UHGV virus genome: UHGV-0112973
Source: a virus
Strand: one strand, 5' to 3'
DNA: 64,000 nucleotides
The notes below the pieces were generated by a model. The model did no database searches and was not told the origin of the DNA. It worked only from the letters and a program-made list of their open reading frames with translations. Both the position numbers and the translations under genes were made by a program. Shown one piece after another: positions 31,794 through 42,186 of the stretch (positions are counted from its first letter, which is position 1; each line of letters begins with the position of its first letter).

Positions 31794-32317
31794 CGGTCAA
31801 TGGGGCCATCGACTGGCTGAACCGCGCTTCTTATTTTTTCACACTTGATCCATCGCCAGACAATATGCGGCGCGTTGGTCGTGGCCGCCGTCGCCGTGGT
31901 GTTTGTTATTGCATGGCACTACCCGATGTTAAAGAACGTGAAGTCAGAGACGGCGTTCTGTGCTTCCGTCGTGTGGCTGAACGTGGCATGGAGCCAAAAA
32001 ATACGAATTCTCCCGAGTGGTGGGCGTGGCGCTGGTCCGCACATTTCGGACTTTGCGAAGATGAGAATGAAATTGCCAGCGGCAATAGTGCATATGGCGC
32101 TCTGAACCTGGCTTTCCATATCGGATTCAAACATGTCGCCCTGGTGGGCGTTGACGCTACACAAGAACCACGCGTTCACTCCGGCGGCACGCCAAAAAAT
32201 CTAAGTCACCTGCCTTTGTTATTCCAGTCTGCGCGTGAACGGATTGACGTTGTTTCATGCGGGAAAATGGGAGGTATTCCGCAGATGACTCTTAAAGAAT
32301 GGCTGAAGAATACATGA
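31691..32317 (+). CDS. MptE/DUF115-like Rossmann protein, paralog B
   Basis: [10 protein letters not shown]...IIAVNG...LVGVD; AGGAG RBS; overlaps paralog A by about 100 nt. Confidence 0.55.
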   Translation: MFPKNKFRGSDRVIIVGSGPSAANFVAPRGVPIIAVNGAIDWLNRASYFFTLDPSPDNMRRVGRGRRRRGVCYCMALPDVKEREVRDGVLCFRRVAERGMEPKNTNSPEWWAWRWSAHFGLCEDENEIASGNSAYGALNLAFHIGFKHVALVGVDATQEPRVHSGGTPKNLSHLPLLFQSARERIDVVSCGKMGGIPQMTLKEWLKNT

Positions 32318-32991
32318 TGGCACCCACAATTTATCACCGTATCGACGGTACCAAATACAGGAATGTCTGGGTTGTTGGTGATCTGCATGGTTGCTACACC
32401 AGACTGATGTCCGAACTCCATCGTGTGGATTTTGACCCGGCGCAGGATTTACTGATATCGGTCGGCGACCTTATCGATCGCGGTACTGAAAATGTCGAAT
32501 GTCTGGAACTATTGCAGATGCCCTGGTTCAGGGCAGTGATGGGGAACCATGAGCGGCTGATGATTGATGCGTTAAGTCCAGATGGCAACGTGAATAACTG
32601 GCTAATGAATGGCGGACAATGGTTCTTCATGCTGGACACTGATCAGGAAATATTAGCCTGGGCGCTGGTGGAGCTGGTAAAGCGTCTGCCCTATATCATT
32701 GAGTTGAACACGGGGCAAGAAACTATCGTTATAGCCCATGCCGACTATCCGGATAATGAATACCAATTCGGTAAGGAGGTGCCGCTTTTCAACGTTGTCT
32801 GGGCGCGCGAGCGTATCAGTGATTCGATGGATGATATTGGTGGCGAAATTTTGGGCGCAGATCGTTTTATCTTTGGTCACACTCCGGTGAAAAGCCCGAA
32901 GACATTCTGGAATCAGCAGTATATCGACACTGGTGCCGTATTTTGCGGAAACCTGACATTGATGAAAGTGAAAGGTGATGGTGCAGCATGA
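32314..32991 (+). CDS. ppp: Ser/Thr protein phosphatase (lambda PPase-like metallophosphatase)
   Basis: GDLHG, GDLIDRG, GNHE motifs; strong resemblance to lambda phosphatase. Confidence 0.85.
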   Translation: MMAPTIYHRIDGTKYRNVWVVGDLHGCYTRLMSELHRVDFDPAQDLLISVGDLIDRGTENVECLELLQMPWFRAVMGNHERLMIDALSPDGNVNNWLMNGGQWFFMLDTDQEILAWALVELVKRLPYIIELNTGQETIVIAHADYPDNEYQFGKEVPLFNVVWARERISDSMDDIGGEILGADRFIFGHTPVKSPKTFWNQQYIDTGAVFCGNLTLMKVKGDGAA

Positions 32992-33689
32992 AGATTGCTT
33001 TAGTTTTTCGCTCTGGTGGTGACTATAACGCTTCCGATGTGCAGTGGCTGGTTAATCAACTGCCAAAAGGCTATGAAATTATTTGCCTGACAGACCTGAA
33101 GCGTTTACATGTACCTGGCGTCAAAGTTGTCCCATTGATCAACCAGTGGCAAAAGTGCCGTGGCTGGTGGGCGAAAATCGAGTTGTTCCGACCGGATATA
33201 ACCGATGATCTGTTCTATCTGGATTTGGACACGGTTATTGCCGGTGATATACGCCCAATCCTAGAGCATCCACCAACCAGCTTCACCATGCTTAGGGATT
33301 TTTACCATCCACAATATCGTGGCAGCGGTGCCCTGTGGATACCAAATAGTGTTAAAGCGCATATCTGGAGTTCATTCTGGCAAGATCCGGAAGGTTGGAT
33401 TTCTCGTTGTGTCACTACTGAGTGCTGGGGTGACCAGGGGTTCTTACGAAAGGTTATGGGCGATGATACACCAGCATTTCAGGATCTGTATCCAGGATGG
33501 TTTGTAAGTTACAAGGCCGATGTTGTGGAACCTGGTTCAAAATATGCGAGCGCGCGTTACTCCAGGGGGAATGGGGCATTACCAAAAGACTGCCGAATAA
33601 TCTTTTTCCACGGCAAACCGCGACCTCGCGAAGTGTCAGAGGATTGGCTTCCCCTTATCAGCTCATTTTTTGAGCGAGAATCAGAATAA
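32988..33689 (+). CDS. GT-A-like glycosyltransferase candidate (DxD motif)
   Basis: 233 aa; [12 protein letters not shown]. Confidence 0.45.
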   Translation: MKIALVFRSGGDYNASDVQWLVNQLPKGYEIICLTDLKRLHVPGVKVVPLINQWQKCRGWWAKIELFRPDITDDLFYLDLDTVIAGDIRPILEHPPTSFTMLRDFYHPQYRGSGALWIPNSVKAHIWSSFWQDPEGWISRCVTTECWGDQGFLRKVMGDDTPAFQDLYPGWFVSYKADVVEPGSKYASARYSRGNGALPKDCRIIFFHGKPRPREVSEDWLPLISSFFERESE

Positions 33690-33690
33690 T

Positions 33691-33756
33691 ATTGCTCTAA
33701 TAATTCCATATTTTTAAAGCGTGATGTACACTCATCGCGTTTTTTATTAGAGCAAT
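33691..33756. promoter_or_regulatory. pair of inverted C1-operator-like sites
   Basis: ATTGCTCTAATAATTCC at 33691 and the reverse complement of ATTGCTCTAATAAAA at about 33743. Confidence 0.5.
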
Positions 33757-33770
33757 CTACAAGGTGCACT

Positions 33771-33989
33771 ATGTGGCCATTCCGACGGAAATATCACTAC
33801 TGGCTGATCGCCTTTGTTACGCCGACCGGCGGTATCAGGCATGTCATCACCAGGTATCGCAACAAGAGACTCACCTTAGCCAGAATTTTACAGGCTGCCA
33901 TAGGTGAGGGACTGGATACAAATTGCGTAGTCCTTCCTCCTTCATACTTAGGAAAAATGACCGAAGCACAAGCTAATACGGAACTTTGA
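33771..33989 (+). CDS. small hypothetical protein
   Basis: 72 aa ORF. Confidence 0.4.
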   Translation: MWPFRRKYHYWLIAFVTPTGGIRHVITRYRNKRLTLARILQAAIGEGLDTNCVVLPPSYLGKMTEAQANTEL

Positions 33990-33990
33990 A

Positions 33991-35253
33991 ATGAGCACTT
34001 CAGCACAAAACCAATCAATCGAAAATGTATGTATCCCTGATGTCCTGAATGCCGGTATCCCGGCCATTATCCAGAACATCCGGGCCGCGCAACGCCGCGT
34101 TAGTTGTGATGACCTCACAGCACGTTTTTTTGATAATGCGGTTCAGTCAGCGGAGATGCTTCACGCACAGCTTATTGATGTTTATAACGCAGAAGCTGAT
34201 AGCCATAACTCCCTGGTAGATGCAGCTGAAAATATGCAGTTGGATCTCGGTCTGAAGGGTAAAGAAATTGAAGAGCTTCAGCTGGAAATTGAACATTTGA
34301 AACGCCAGCAACAGGACGCGATCGACGATGCGACGCATGACGCCAACCAGCGTGCTGATAATGCCGAACGTATAAGCATTGAGCTGGAAACAAAACTCAA
34401 TGAAATGACCGCGATGGTTGAACTGCGGAACTCACAGATTTCAACGCTAAAATCTCAATATAAAGAGATCATGAAACTTGATCCTTTTAACCTTGAGAAA
34501 CGCTATAACAAAGCTAAAAGCGAGCGACAGGAACTGCGTAAGCAAGTCGCCGACCTTAACCAACAGCTCAAAAAAACTATTAAAGATGCAAGCGAGGCGC
34601 GCGTGGCATTTGCTAATAAAAAAGCAGAGGTTACCGCGCTGGTTAATGAGAATGCCAAATTTGCGACGCTCAAGAAGGAAATGTATGGCATTACTGAGCG
34701 CCGTTTCCCTGCAAGCAAACTTCATCCGACGTTAGGGCAAATCTCCTTCTTCCCGCGCCTCCTGGCTTATGGGATCTCATCGCCTAAAGAGTTCAATAAC
34801 GAGCGTCCTTATATCGTTTCTAAGCTGGACTTTGCTTATCAGTTCTGCTGCGACATGGGCTATGCCATTGATATCCGGATCAACGAATGGTTGATGCCAA
34901 ACTTCCAGCCGTTGGCCATTTTCCGCGAGTTCCAGCCGGAAGGTTGGGTAGAGTTCTTCCATGAATTGATCTGTAAAGAGATGGAAAGCCGCCGCCCGGA
35001 ACTGGTCCGTCGTGTCGAGTGGGCGCAAGAGGTTATGTTGGCAGATGCAGAGCTACCGTTCGAACCGGAATTTATTGATGAACTGGCAACTAAAGGGTTG
35101 CATACCCTGTTTGATGTGGTTACCCGCCGTCATGAGCAGTTGGTTGTCGAATTGGGTTTAGAGGAAACAGCGGCAAGAAGACTTCTCGATGTTTGCTATG
35201 CACGTAGCGATGCATGGGAAAAAGAGAACGGCGGCACTATTTACGTCCGCTGA
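33991..35253 (+). CDS. coiled-coil protein
   Basis: 420 aa; long heptad-like central region. Confidence 0.5.
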   Translation: MSTSAQNQSIENVCIPDVLNAGIPAIIQNIRAAQRRVSCDDLTARFFDNAVQSAEMLHAQLIDVYNAEADSHNSLVDAAENMQLDLGLKGKEIEELQLEIEHLKRQQQDAIDDATHDANQRADNAERISIELETKLNEMTAMVELRNSQISTLKSQYKEIMKLDPFNLEKRYNKAKSERQELRKQVADLNQQLKKTIKDASEARVAFANKKAEVTALVNENAKFATLKKEMYGITERRFPASKLHPTLGQISFFPRLLAYGISSPKEFNNERPYIVSKLDFAYQFCCDMGYAIDIRINEWLMPNFQPLAIFREFQPEGWVEFFHELICKEMESRRPELVRRVEWAQEVMLADAELPFEPEFIDELATKGLHTLFDVVTRRHEQLVVELGLEETAARRLLDVCYARSDAWEKENGGTIYVR

Positions 35254-35326
35254 TAGTTACAGTGTCACTTTTAATGCTGGTGGAGTGCGCCTACCAGCAT
35301 TTTTTTTCGTCCAATGAGGAGGGCAT

Positions 35327-35833
35327 TTGAGTATTTTCAATAAACACGCACACCAGGAACGTCCGTATATCGTCATAGTCGATATTGATGGAACAATATC
35401 AGAGGCAACTGAAGACAGACTGCATTTGCTTCCGCCACTAGGTAAAGGTGCATTAACAAAGGACTGGAACGAGTTTAATCTCGCCTGTGACACCGATACT
35501 CCCATCACTCCAGTTATTGATATGGTGCGCCAGTTATTTAACGTTTACACGGTCTGGTTTGTAACCGGGCGCTGTGAGATCGCAAGGGATAAAACACGAG
35601 TCTGGCTGCGGAAGTACGTAACAAACGGGGCTGAGCCTTTGCTATCTATGCGTCCTGCCACCGATGACAGAAATGACGGCCCAGCAAAGATTGATCTCCT
35701 TAAGAAAATTGGTCTAAGTAAAATCGCGTTCGCGCTGGAAGATAAGATTGAAGTGGCGCGTGTTTTCAGGAGGCACGGCGTGCTTACGTTAATGGTCAGG
35801 GAGTATGAAAATGCGCTTCTTCATCAACAATAA
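35327..35833 (+). CDS. HAD-superfamily phosphatase-like protein (P1 pap position)
   Basis: VIVDIDGT motif I. Confidence 0.6.
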   Translation: MSIFNKHAHQERPYIVIVDIDGTISEATEDRLHLLPPLGKGALTKDWNEFNLACDTDTPITPVIDMVRQLFNVYTVWFVTGRCEIARDKTRVWLRKYVTNGAEPLLSMRPATDDRNDGPAKIDLLKKIGLSKIAFALEDKIEVARVFRRHGVLTLMVREYENALLHQQ

Positions 35834-35849
35834 TTGCTCTAATAAATCT
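35833..35849 (+). promoter_or_regulatory. C1-operator-like site
   Basis: ATTGCTCTAATAAATCT. Confidence 0.45.
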
Positions 35850-35931
35850 TGATTTTTAAAACAGGGAAAGTGAAAATAAAAACATGCCGCAAGGCGCGGC
35901 ATGTATCCAATCAATCACAGGAGCTGAAAAT

Positions 35932-36018
35932 ATGAACACGGCATTCAAAATCATTATGGCCGCGATCTATTTCTGGCTGTTCTCTATCACTTTTGGCGGC
36001 ATCGTCGCGCATGGGTAA
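35932..36018 (+). CDS. candidate 28-aa hydrophobic peptide (absent from ORF track)
   Basis: AGGAG RBS then MNTAFKIIMAAIYFWLFSITFGGIVAHG. Confidence 0.3.
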   Translation: MNTAFKIIMAAIYFWLFSITFGGIVAHG

Positions 36019-36027
36019 GGGGGATGC

Positions 36028-36606
36028 ATGAAAGGCGAAGTGAAAGAGCGCGGCATGATTTTCAACGATGAGATGGTCCGGGCAATTCTTGGCGGGAATA
36101 AAACACAGACTCGCAGGATTGTTGAAGAAAAATTCTATGGACGGGCAGTGGCCGCAGAGTTGCTTGCTAAGCATTGTCCATATGGTCAACCGGGCGATCG
36201 TATTTGGGTTCGCGAAACCTACCGGGTACATGGCAAAGCGACGGACGTCGCAACGCTGGTTTATCGCGCAAGCGTGCGTAACTCCTGGACAGAACAAACG
36301 CACCGGGTTCCGGTCGAGGTTTGTAATAAACCAGTATCAGAAAAGTGGACGCCATCAATTCACATGCCGCGCTGGGCATCGCGCATTCTTCTGGAAATTA
36401 CCGACGTGCGTGTGGAACGGCTGCGTGATATGAGCGAGGCAGATGCTAAAGCAGAAGGCGCATCTCCGGCGATGTACAAAATTACGCCGCCGGAAGCTGT
36501 TTATCGCGTTGGTTTTGGTGATATCTGGCGCAGTATTTACGGGCAGGATAACTGGCTATCTAACCCGTGGGTATGGGTAATCGAGTTTAAGCGCATTCAG
36601 GAATAA
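36028..36606 (+). CDS. hypothetical protein
   Basis: 192 aa ORF with GGGGGATG upstream. Confidence 0.5.
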   Translation: MKGEVKERGMIFNDEMVRAILGGNKTQTRRIVEEKFYGRAVAAELLAKHCPYGQPGDRIWVRETYRVHGKATDVATLVYRASVRNSWTEQTHRVPVEVCNKPVSEKWTPSIHMPRWASRILLEITDVRVERLRDMSEADAKAEGASPAMYKITPPEAVYRVGFGDIWRSIYGQDNWLSNPWVWVIEFKRIQE

Positions 36607-36689
36607 ACCGTGAGTATGCATCAAATCGTCAGTTTTTCAGGTGGACGAGCATCGGCCTGTCTCGTTCATCTGTTCGAAGAGGTAGTGGC

Positions 36690-36893
36690 ATGACAATCGT
36701 AAAAACCCATACCGGCACCGTGATCACCAAAGACGGTCCGCAGGTAAAAAAACTGCACCAAACAGAGCGGATGTGGGTCGTCGGCAAAAATGAGTTTTAC
36801 CACAAAGATACCGGACGCCGCCATTTTGCAGAAAATACGCGCCGCCGACTGCTGTTAGACACCATCAAGCCTATCGAGGTGAAGCATGTTTAA
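36690..36893 (+). CDS. small hypothetical protein
   Basis: 67 aa ORF. Confidence 0.4.
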   Translation: MTIVKTHTGTVITKDGPQVKKLHQTERMWVVGKNEFYHKDTGRRHFAENTRRRLLLDTIKPIEVKHV

Positions 36894-37125
36894 ACAGAAC
36901 GAAAAAGCTATCGCTCAAATTGCTGATTATATCCCGCGTGCGTGCCGGGGTATGCAGTTGCAGGAAGCCAAAGCGCGCCTGGAGAAAAAAATTGCGCTCT
37001 ATATTGATGACGGCTGTGATGCCGCCGTTCTTAACGCGGCGTTCGCACCAGCTCTTAACTGTCACACTCGGGAGTCTTTTTTTTCATGCATCGAAGCGCA
37101 ACTCCGCAAAGGAGGCAACCAGTGA
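36886..37125 (+). CDS. small hypothetical protein
   Basis: 79 aa ORF. Confidence 0.4.
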   Translation: MFKQNEKAIAQIADYIPRACRGMQLQEAKARLEKKIALYIDDGCDAAVLNAAFAPALNCHTRESFFSCIEAQLRKGGNQ

Positions 37126-37847
37126 GCCAGATTGATTATCAAAAGCTTCGTGAAATCGCTGAAAAAACAAAAATTGCCGGTGAAGCACCTGTAATGCCTT
37201 TCGATCAGCGAATTAATGCGCTTAACGATTTTATGAAGCACTTTTCGCCAGATATCGCGCTGGCATTGTTGGATGAACGGGAAAGAAACCAGCAATACAT
37301 CAAACGCCGCGACCAGGAGAACGAGGATATTGCGCTTACGGTTGGGAGGCTGCGCGTTGAGCTGGAAGGCAAAGACAGCAAAATAGCCAATCTTACCGCC
37401 GAACGCGATGCTCTTCGCGAAGGTGAGATAGGCGACGCCAGGCATAGCAACACACGGGCCGCAGCTGATATCTACTTCCAACTGGTCGAGGAGTGCGAAA
37501 TTCCTGCTGGCGGATCTCTGGTCGAGTACGTTGACGATATGCGCGAGAAGCTGGAAGCCGCAGAGAAGCGCATTGCAGAACTGGAAGCACGGGAAATAAA
37601 ACCAGCCAAAGGCGAAGTTCTTGTCGTTGTCTCTGGTTTTACTGGTTGCGGGAAAAGCGCCATTGCCGGGGAAATAGAAATTGCGATGAAAGCTATTGGT
37701 GTGCCGGTTCAATGGACTAATGGCGATGCAGAAAAGCATATGACCGGCGCTGACTGGCTGACAGCGATTGAGATGTACAAACCAACTGTGCGCATCGTGG
37801 AAGTTAATGTGCCACGCGCCGCTGGCATTCGCATCAAAGGAGAGTGA
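37122..37847 (+). CDS. hypothetical protein with coiled-coil N-terminus and Walker-A-like motif
   Basis: GTG start after AAAGGAGG; GFTGCGKS. Confidence 0.5.
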   Translation: MSQIDYQKLREIAEKTKIAGEAPVMPFDQRINALNDFMKHFSPDIALALLDERERNQQYIKRRDQENEDIALTVGRLRVELEGKDSKIANLTAERDALREGEIGDARHSNTRAAADIYFQLVEECEIPAGGSLVEYVDDMREKLEAAEKRIAELEAREIKPAKGEVLVVVSGFTGCGKSAIAGEIEIAMKAIGVPVQWTNGDAEKHMTGADWLTAIEMYKPTVRIVEVNVPRAAGIRIKGE

Positions 37848-37848
37848 T

Positions 37849-38058
37849 ATGGCTATTGCCGCAAGTTACACCATGCATCTCTATTGTGACTGCCGCCAGT
37901 GTACGGAAGGTGTATATCCAGTGCCAGACTTCGGTGAGTATATCGGTACGTCATGGTCTGGTTGTGCAAAAGAGGCGCGCAAGGATGGCTGGCGAATAAG
38001 CAAAGACAAAACGCGTGCTTTTGCGCCCGGGCATAAAGTTTTGAGGATTAACAAATGA
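37849..38058 (+). CDS. small Cys-rich protein
   Basis: 69 aa from ATG with AAAGGAGAG RBS. Confidence 0.45.
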   Translation: MAIAASYTMHLYCDCRQCTEGVYPVPDFGEYIGTSWSGCAKEARKDGWRISKDKTRAFAPGHKVLRINK

Positions 38059-38897
38059 CCACTATTACCAAAGAGCGACTGCTGACAATCAAGCAGTGGC
38101 GCGAAACATACGGACCTGGTAGCAACGTTGTACTGCCAGCAGAAGAAGCGGAAGAACTGGCACGGATTGCTCTGGCAGCGCTGGAAGCTGAACCTGTTCT
38201 GTATCAGTCCTGCACTCGCCCCACTTGGAATAGCGGTGTTCCGTGGACGGAATGGAAAGAACGTAGTCGTGAGGGCTACGAAAACGATTTGCGCTTTACA
38301 GACACGCCTGACCATGCCGGTTGGATAAACAAATGCCGAAAACTATATACCACTCCGCCAGTTCCTGTAATACAGGCTGATGTCGCGCAGGCAATTGAAA
38401 AACTCAAACGGAAATTAGTGGAATGCAATCGCTATAACTACTGCGCAGATGCAGTTAAGGGCGTTGAGTATGCCTGCCACGCTGCCATGCTTCAGGGTAG
38501 CCAACCTGTAAGCCAAACTTACAAGTTTCCAGTTAATACACCTTGCCAGGATGCGCCAGCCCATATCTGGCTGCAAACAGCTGGAGTATGGCCAGAAGAT
38601 GGCGAGTTAAGCGAATTAACGTGGTGCAGCCACAATCAGCACCATGATGACACGCTATATGTTCGAGCTGACCTTGTGAATGGCAACTATCCGGTAACTC
38701 CGGATGGTTGGATAAGCTGTAGTGAGCGAATGCCCGCTCAAGATGATTGGATTTTAATTTATTCAAAGCACGGTGAGTATATGGCAGGACAGGTGCAAGG
38801 GGAATACGTGGAGTTGAGCGACGGCACTTTATCGTGGTTAGGGAACGCCTTGTTCTGGATGCTGCTACCAGAACCTCCCCAGGAGGCAGGTCAATGA
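38055..38897 (+). CDS. hypothetical protein with DUF551-like C-terminal region
   Basis: 280 aa; ...WISCSERMPAQDDWILIYSKHGEYMAG... Confidence 0.5.
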   Translation: MTTITKERLLTIKQWRETYGPGSNVVLPAEEAEELARIALAALEAEPVLYQSCTRPTWNSGVPWTEWKERSREGYENDLRFTDTPDHAGWINKCRKLYTTPPVPVIQADVAQAIEKLKRKLVECNRYNYCADAVKGVEYACHAAMLQGSQPVSQTYKFPVNTPCQDAPAHIWLQTAGVWPEDGELSELTWCSHNQHHDDTLYVRADLVNGNYPVTPDGWISCSERMPAQDDWILIYSKHGEYMAGQVQGEYVELSDGTLSWLGNALFWMLLPEPPQEAGQ

Positions 38898-38961
38898 GCT
38901 GGCCTGAAGCATTCGCAACGGTAGGAATTGTGATGGCGGCAGCACTGGGTTTGTATTCAAT

Positions 38962-39213
38962 TTGTCGCTGGTGGTAACGATGGGGAAATTAACTTTTGTA
39001 GTCGAATTTGAGGATGGTAAAGAGCCACCTGTTAGCGCCAATCTTGATGTTGCTGGTGGCAGGCTTGTTTCGGTTCTATTTGGTGACTACCGAGATGACT
39101 TCTTCCAACCAGAAGAAGTTGATGTAGTGCGAGAGGCATTAAACGAGTTAAGTGTTGACAACGATGATGCTCATGCGGAAATCATCGAAAAAATGGAACT
39201 GCTAACTCACTAA
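38962..39213 (+). CDS. small acidic protein
   Basis: 83 aa ORF. Confidence 0.45.
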   Translation: MSLVVTMGKLTFVVEFEDGKEPPVSANLDVAGGRLVSVLFGDYRDDFFQPEEVDVVREALNELSVDNDDAHAEIIEKMELLTH

Positions 39214-39261
39214 ATTAGAAATTATGGTGCTATCACCTACGGCAACGAGAGAAATTTTATA

Positions 39262-39384
39262 ATGTCAAAAGTAAATGTTTTGATTTTTTCAGTAATTGTA
39301 GGTTTTGGTTTTTCTGCTGGAGTGCATATTTATATTACGTGGGGAAAAATCATCAACTACGTATGGAGTTGTTTTATTAAGTGA
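39262..39384 (+). CDS. candidate 40-aa hydrophobic peptide (absent from ORF track)
   Basis: GAGAG RBS then MSKVNVLIFSVIVGFGFSAGVHIYITWGKIINYVWSCFIK. Confidence 0.3.
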   Translation: MSKVNVLIFSVIVGFGFSAGVHIYITWGKIINYVWSCFIK

Positions 39385-39391
39385 GGTAAGT

Positions 39392-39685
39392 ATGTGGAGA
39401 GGTAATAGTCATGGCAAAAGCCAGATGATACTTACCGAATATCAGTTTGACCATAAAACCAATAAATCACGTTCAGTATATTTGCTTCGGCACAATAGCC
39501 GCGTAAGGAATACCGTGCTGGAGCAAAATCTGACTGTTGAAATGGATAATTACGGGGGCTTCAAGCCAACAATTTCGCTTGATGATTTTCCTCGTGGTTT
39601 AAGCGAAAGAGAAGCAATGCTGAAATTAGCAGAATGGCTACAAAGATTAAGCATTGCTATTGAAGATAACTGGTCTGAACCTTAA
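39392..39685 (+). CDS. hypothetical protein (97 aa)
   Basis: ATG with GAGGTAAG RBS; in frame with track ORF 39305..39685. Confidence 0.45.
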   Translation: MWRGNSHGKSQMILTEYQFDHKTNKSRSVYLLRHNSRVRNTVLEQNLTVEMDNYGGFKPTISLDDFPRGLSEREAMLKLAEWLQRLSIAIEDNWSEP

Positions 39686-39691
39686 ATTTAT

Positions 39692-40066
39692 ATGATGACA
39701 CTAAAACATTTTCTTGACCGCCCATTATGGGCGGCAGCCGCAGGCTATGACTTTAATTATATGGATTGCATGTCTTATACCGCCAATGCATACGACCATT
39801 CCTTCAGTCTGCTGTTTAATTCTTTAAGAATATTGCCGCAAACAGAAGTTGGAGAGCTTCATTTATGGCTATTGGGCTTTATCGCGGCTGGAGTTGGTAT
39901 TGCTGTATGGCCTTTTATTTTCTGGCTGGTGGCTGTTGTAGTGTGGTTTAAGTGCAAGACGTACCGGAAAAAGTATTTCTTAGGTGATGGAATGACTGAT
40001 ATTGCCAAAATGAACATTGAAAAATGGACTAAGGAATGTGAAAAGAAATGGCGCAAAAAGAAATGA
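39692..40066 (+). CDS. small inner-membrane protein
   Basis: 124 aa; two TM helices, basic C-terminal tail. Confidence 0.5.
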   Translation: MMTLKHFLDRPLWAAAAGYDFNYMDCMSYTANAYDHSFSLLFNSLRILPQTEVGELHLWLLGFIAAGVGIAVWPFIFWLVAVVVWFKCKTYRKKYFLGDGMTDIAKMNIEKWTKECEKKWRKKK

Positions 40067-40707
40067 CTACTCTAACGACAGCATACTTACAGCAATTGGT
40101 ATTTTTTGCAGGCGAGGCTACTTGTCATCCTGACGCAAACTATTTATTGGAATTTGAGAGGTTAGCGTCACCCGGTATCGTTCTGGAACTGGCCCAACAG
40201 GTGCTGGCCTTAAGACAAAAAGAGCAACATGAAAGTAATACGTGTAGATTGAACTTTGAGCAGTGGCTGGAACAGCAACGCGGAAAAATCGATGTGGACT
40301 GTGGTTGTGTGTCTACTGAAACATTCATGCACTGGCTGCGGGTAGCTTACGAGGCTGGCAACTATCCGGATATTCCGGATAGTTCGGTGCCAGGGCCAGG
40401 AAAGGGCGTCACCGGTGAACGTATCCGCATTAAGCCGCATGTTTATCGCGAACTGGTTAACCGTCTCCACGATACAGCGATCAAGTGTGCTGGCACCCAG
40501 CAATTACGAGAAAGAATTAGCCGTGTTTTGGGCGACGTTATTAAGCCAGACCATCATAAACAAGCCGAGAAAAGTGGCCTGGAAAGGTGTCACCTTGAGG
40601 CGGCATTAAACATTAACCCGGGGCATACGCTTGGCATTATTGATGCACTATTGGTTCATAAGATGGCCAGGGCTTTATTGCCGCTGGTAGGGGGCAATGA
40701 CAACTAG
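40048..40707 (+). CDS. hypothetical protein
   Basis: 219 aa ORF. Confidence 0.45.
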   Translation: MAQKEMTTLTTAYLQQLVFFAGEATCHPDANYLLEFERLASPGIVLELAQQVLALRQKEQHESNTCRLNFEQWLEQQRGKIDVDCGCVSTETFMHWLRVAYEAGNYPDIPDSSVPGPGKGVTGERIRIKPHVYRELVNRLHDTAIKCAGTQQLRERISRVLGDVIKPDHHKQAEKSGLERCHLEAALNINPGHTLGIIDALLVHKMARALLPLVGGNDN

Positions 40708-40791
40708 GAAAAAATCGCATTACTGGTGGCAAAGCCATAACTACTGATACAATATTTCTAGGTTAAAGATCTGGCATTAGGTAGAGATAGC

Positions 40792-41256
40792 ATGTTTCTT
40801 CATATCAATCCCGATTGGGCATCAGCTATTGCGGCATTTGGGTCAGCAATAGCTGCTTTTATTAGTTTGCGCACAAGTAAAAATCTTGGATTATTCGATA
40901 AGGAAAAATTTTATAGTGAAGCATTGATAAACTTTGCTGATAGGGCAAATAAAATAGCAACAGGAAAAGCTGGATCAGACTGGGATGTTAATGACGCAAG
41001 TAATATAATTCTTTCACTAAATGCCGCAAAAGAAACTATTGAAAGTGCGCCAAAACCTATTCGAGAGAAACTAAAACAATATTACAAACATAATCTTTGC
41101 CATGAGATCATAACTGAATTAGAGGCTCACTCTCCCCCAGATTCAGTAATTGTAAGAGAACCATCAGAGTATGAAGGCAAGATCATGGGATTGTGGGATG
41201 AGATTAAAATATTTCTGGGTTATACAGTGGTATCAGAAGCAGACCTTGAAGATTAA
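40792..41256 (+). CDS. AT-rich membrane-anchored protein immediately upstream of phd-doc
   Basis: 154 aa; N-terminal TM helix; about 37 percent GC. Confidence 0.5.
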   Translation: MFLHINPDWASAIAAFGSAIAAFISLRTSKNLGLFDKEKFYSEALINFADRANKIATGKAGSDWDVNDASNIILSLNAAKETIESAPKPIREKLKQYYKHNLCHEIITELEAHSPPDSVIVREPSEYEGKIMGLWDEIKIFLGYTVVSEADLED

Positions 41257-41339
41257 AGTTTGGTGTGACCACATCATTTCATCAATGATGCCCGAAGTGG
41301 GGAGTTTGACGATTGTCCGGTGATTTAAGCTGCAAAGTG

Positions 41340-41398
41340 CTGGTGCTTTATGCTTGTGAAGTTTATAATTGTGTACACATAACGAGTACACGAGGTGT
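41340..41398 (+). promoter_or_regulatory. phd-doc promoter/operator
   Basis: TATAAT at about 41365 followed by GTGTACAC / GAGTACAC palindromic half-sites. Confidence 0.55.
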
Positions 41399-41400
41399 TT

Positions 41401-41622
41401 ATGCAATCCATTAACTTCCGTACCGCGCGCGGCAACCTTAGCGAAGTGCTCAATAATGTTGAAGCAGGGGAAGAGGTTGAAATCACCCGCAGAGGCCGTG
41501 AGCCAGCAGTAATTGTCAGCAAGGCTACTTTTGAAACCTACAAAAAAGCGGCGCTGGATGCTGAATTTGCATCCCTGTTTGACACCCTGGACTCCACCAA
41601 CAAGGAACTGGTTAACCGATAA
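41401..41622 (+). CDS. phd: antitoxin Phd
   Basis: [41 protein letters not shown]... recognised as P1 Phd. Confidence 0.95.
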   Translation: MQSINFRTARGNLSEVLNNVEAGEEVEITRRGREPAVIVSKATFETYKKAALDAEFASLFDTLDSTNKELVNR

Positions 41623-42002
41623 TGAGGCATATATCACCGGAAGAACTTATTGCGCTTCATGATGCGAATATAAACCGCTACGGCGGCCTGCCGGGAATGT
41701 CAGATCCGGGTAGGGCTGAGGCCATTATCGGGAGAGTTCAGGCCAGAGTTGCCTACGAAGAGATCACCGACCTTTTCGAAGTCTCCGCCACCTACCTGGT
41801 GGCTACAGCGAGAGGGCATATATTCAATGATGCCAATAAGCGTACCGCGCTAAACAGTGCGCTGCTATTTCTACGCCGTAACGGGGTGCAGGTATTTGAT
41901 TCACCAGAACTGGCAGACCTTACCGTAGGGGCTGCGACCGGAGAGATATCTGTATCTACTGTCGCCGCCACGTTACGTAGATTGTATGGTTCTGCGGAGT
42001 AG
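41622..42002 (+). CDS. doc: toxin Doc (Fic-fold kinase)
   Basis: 126 aa recognised as P1 Doc; start overlaps phd stop. Confidence 0.95.
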   Translation: MRHISPEELIALHDANINRYGGLPGMSDPGRAEAIIGRVQARVAYEEITDLFEVSATYLVATARGHIFNDANKRTALNSALLFLRRNGVQVFDSPELADLTVGAATGEISVSTVAATLRRLYGSAE

Positions 42003-42006
42003 ATTA

Positions 42007-42186
42007 ATGGCACGTAAATACAACAAATTGTCCCGTAGAGCGTTAAAGATGCTTCTTGATGGCGTGAGTCGCCGCGAGGTAAAGCAATACCTGGTTGGTA
42101 AGCAAATTGGTGCCAGGACCGCTATTGCTGTGTTATGCCGTCAGGAAATGGTTGTGCTTAAACAGAAAATGCCGGGCAGCAGATAA
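42007..42186 (+). CDS. small basic protein after doc
   Basis: 59 aa from MARKYNKL... Confidence 0.4.
   Translation: MARKYNKLSRRALKMLLDGVSRREVKQYLVGKQIGARTAIAVLCRQEMVVLKQKMPGSR

Noticed and set aside
35911-36303. 130-aa minus-strand ORF overlapping the 28-aa peptide and the next plus-strand gene
   Set aside because: Cys/Pro-rich low-complexity translation antisense to better-supported plus-strand genes; the minus-strand terminator is more simply explained by a small antisense RNA.
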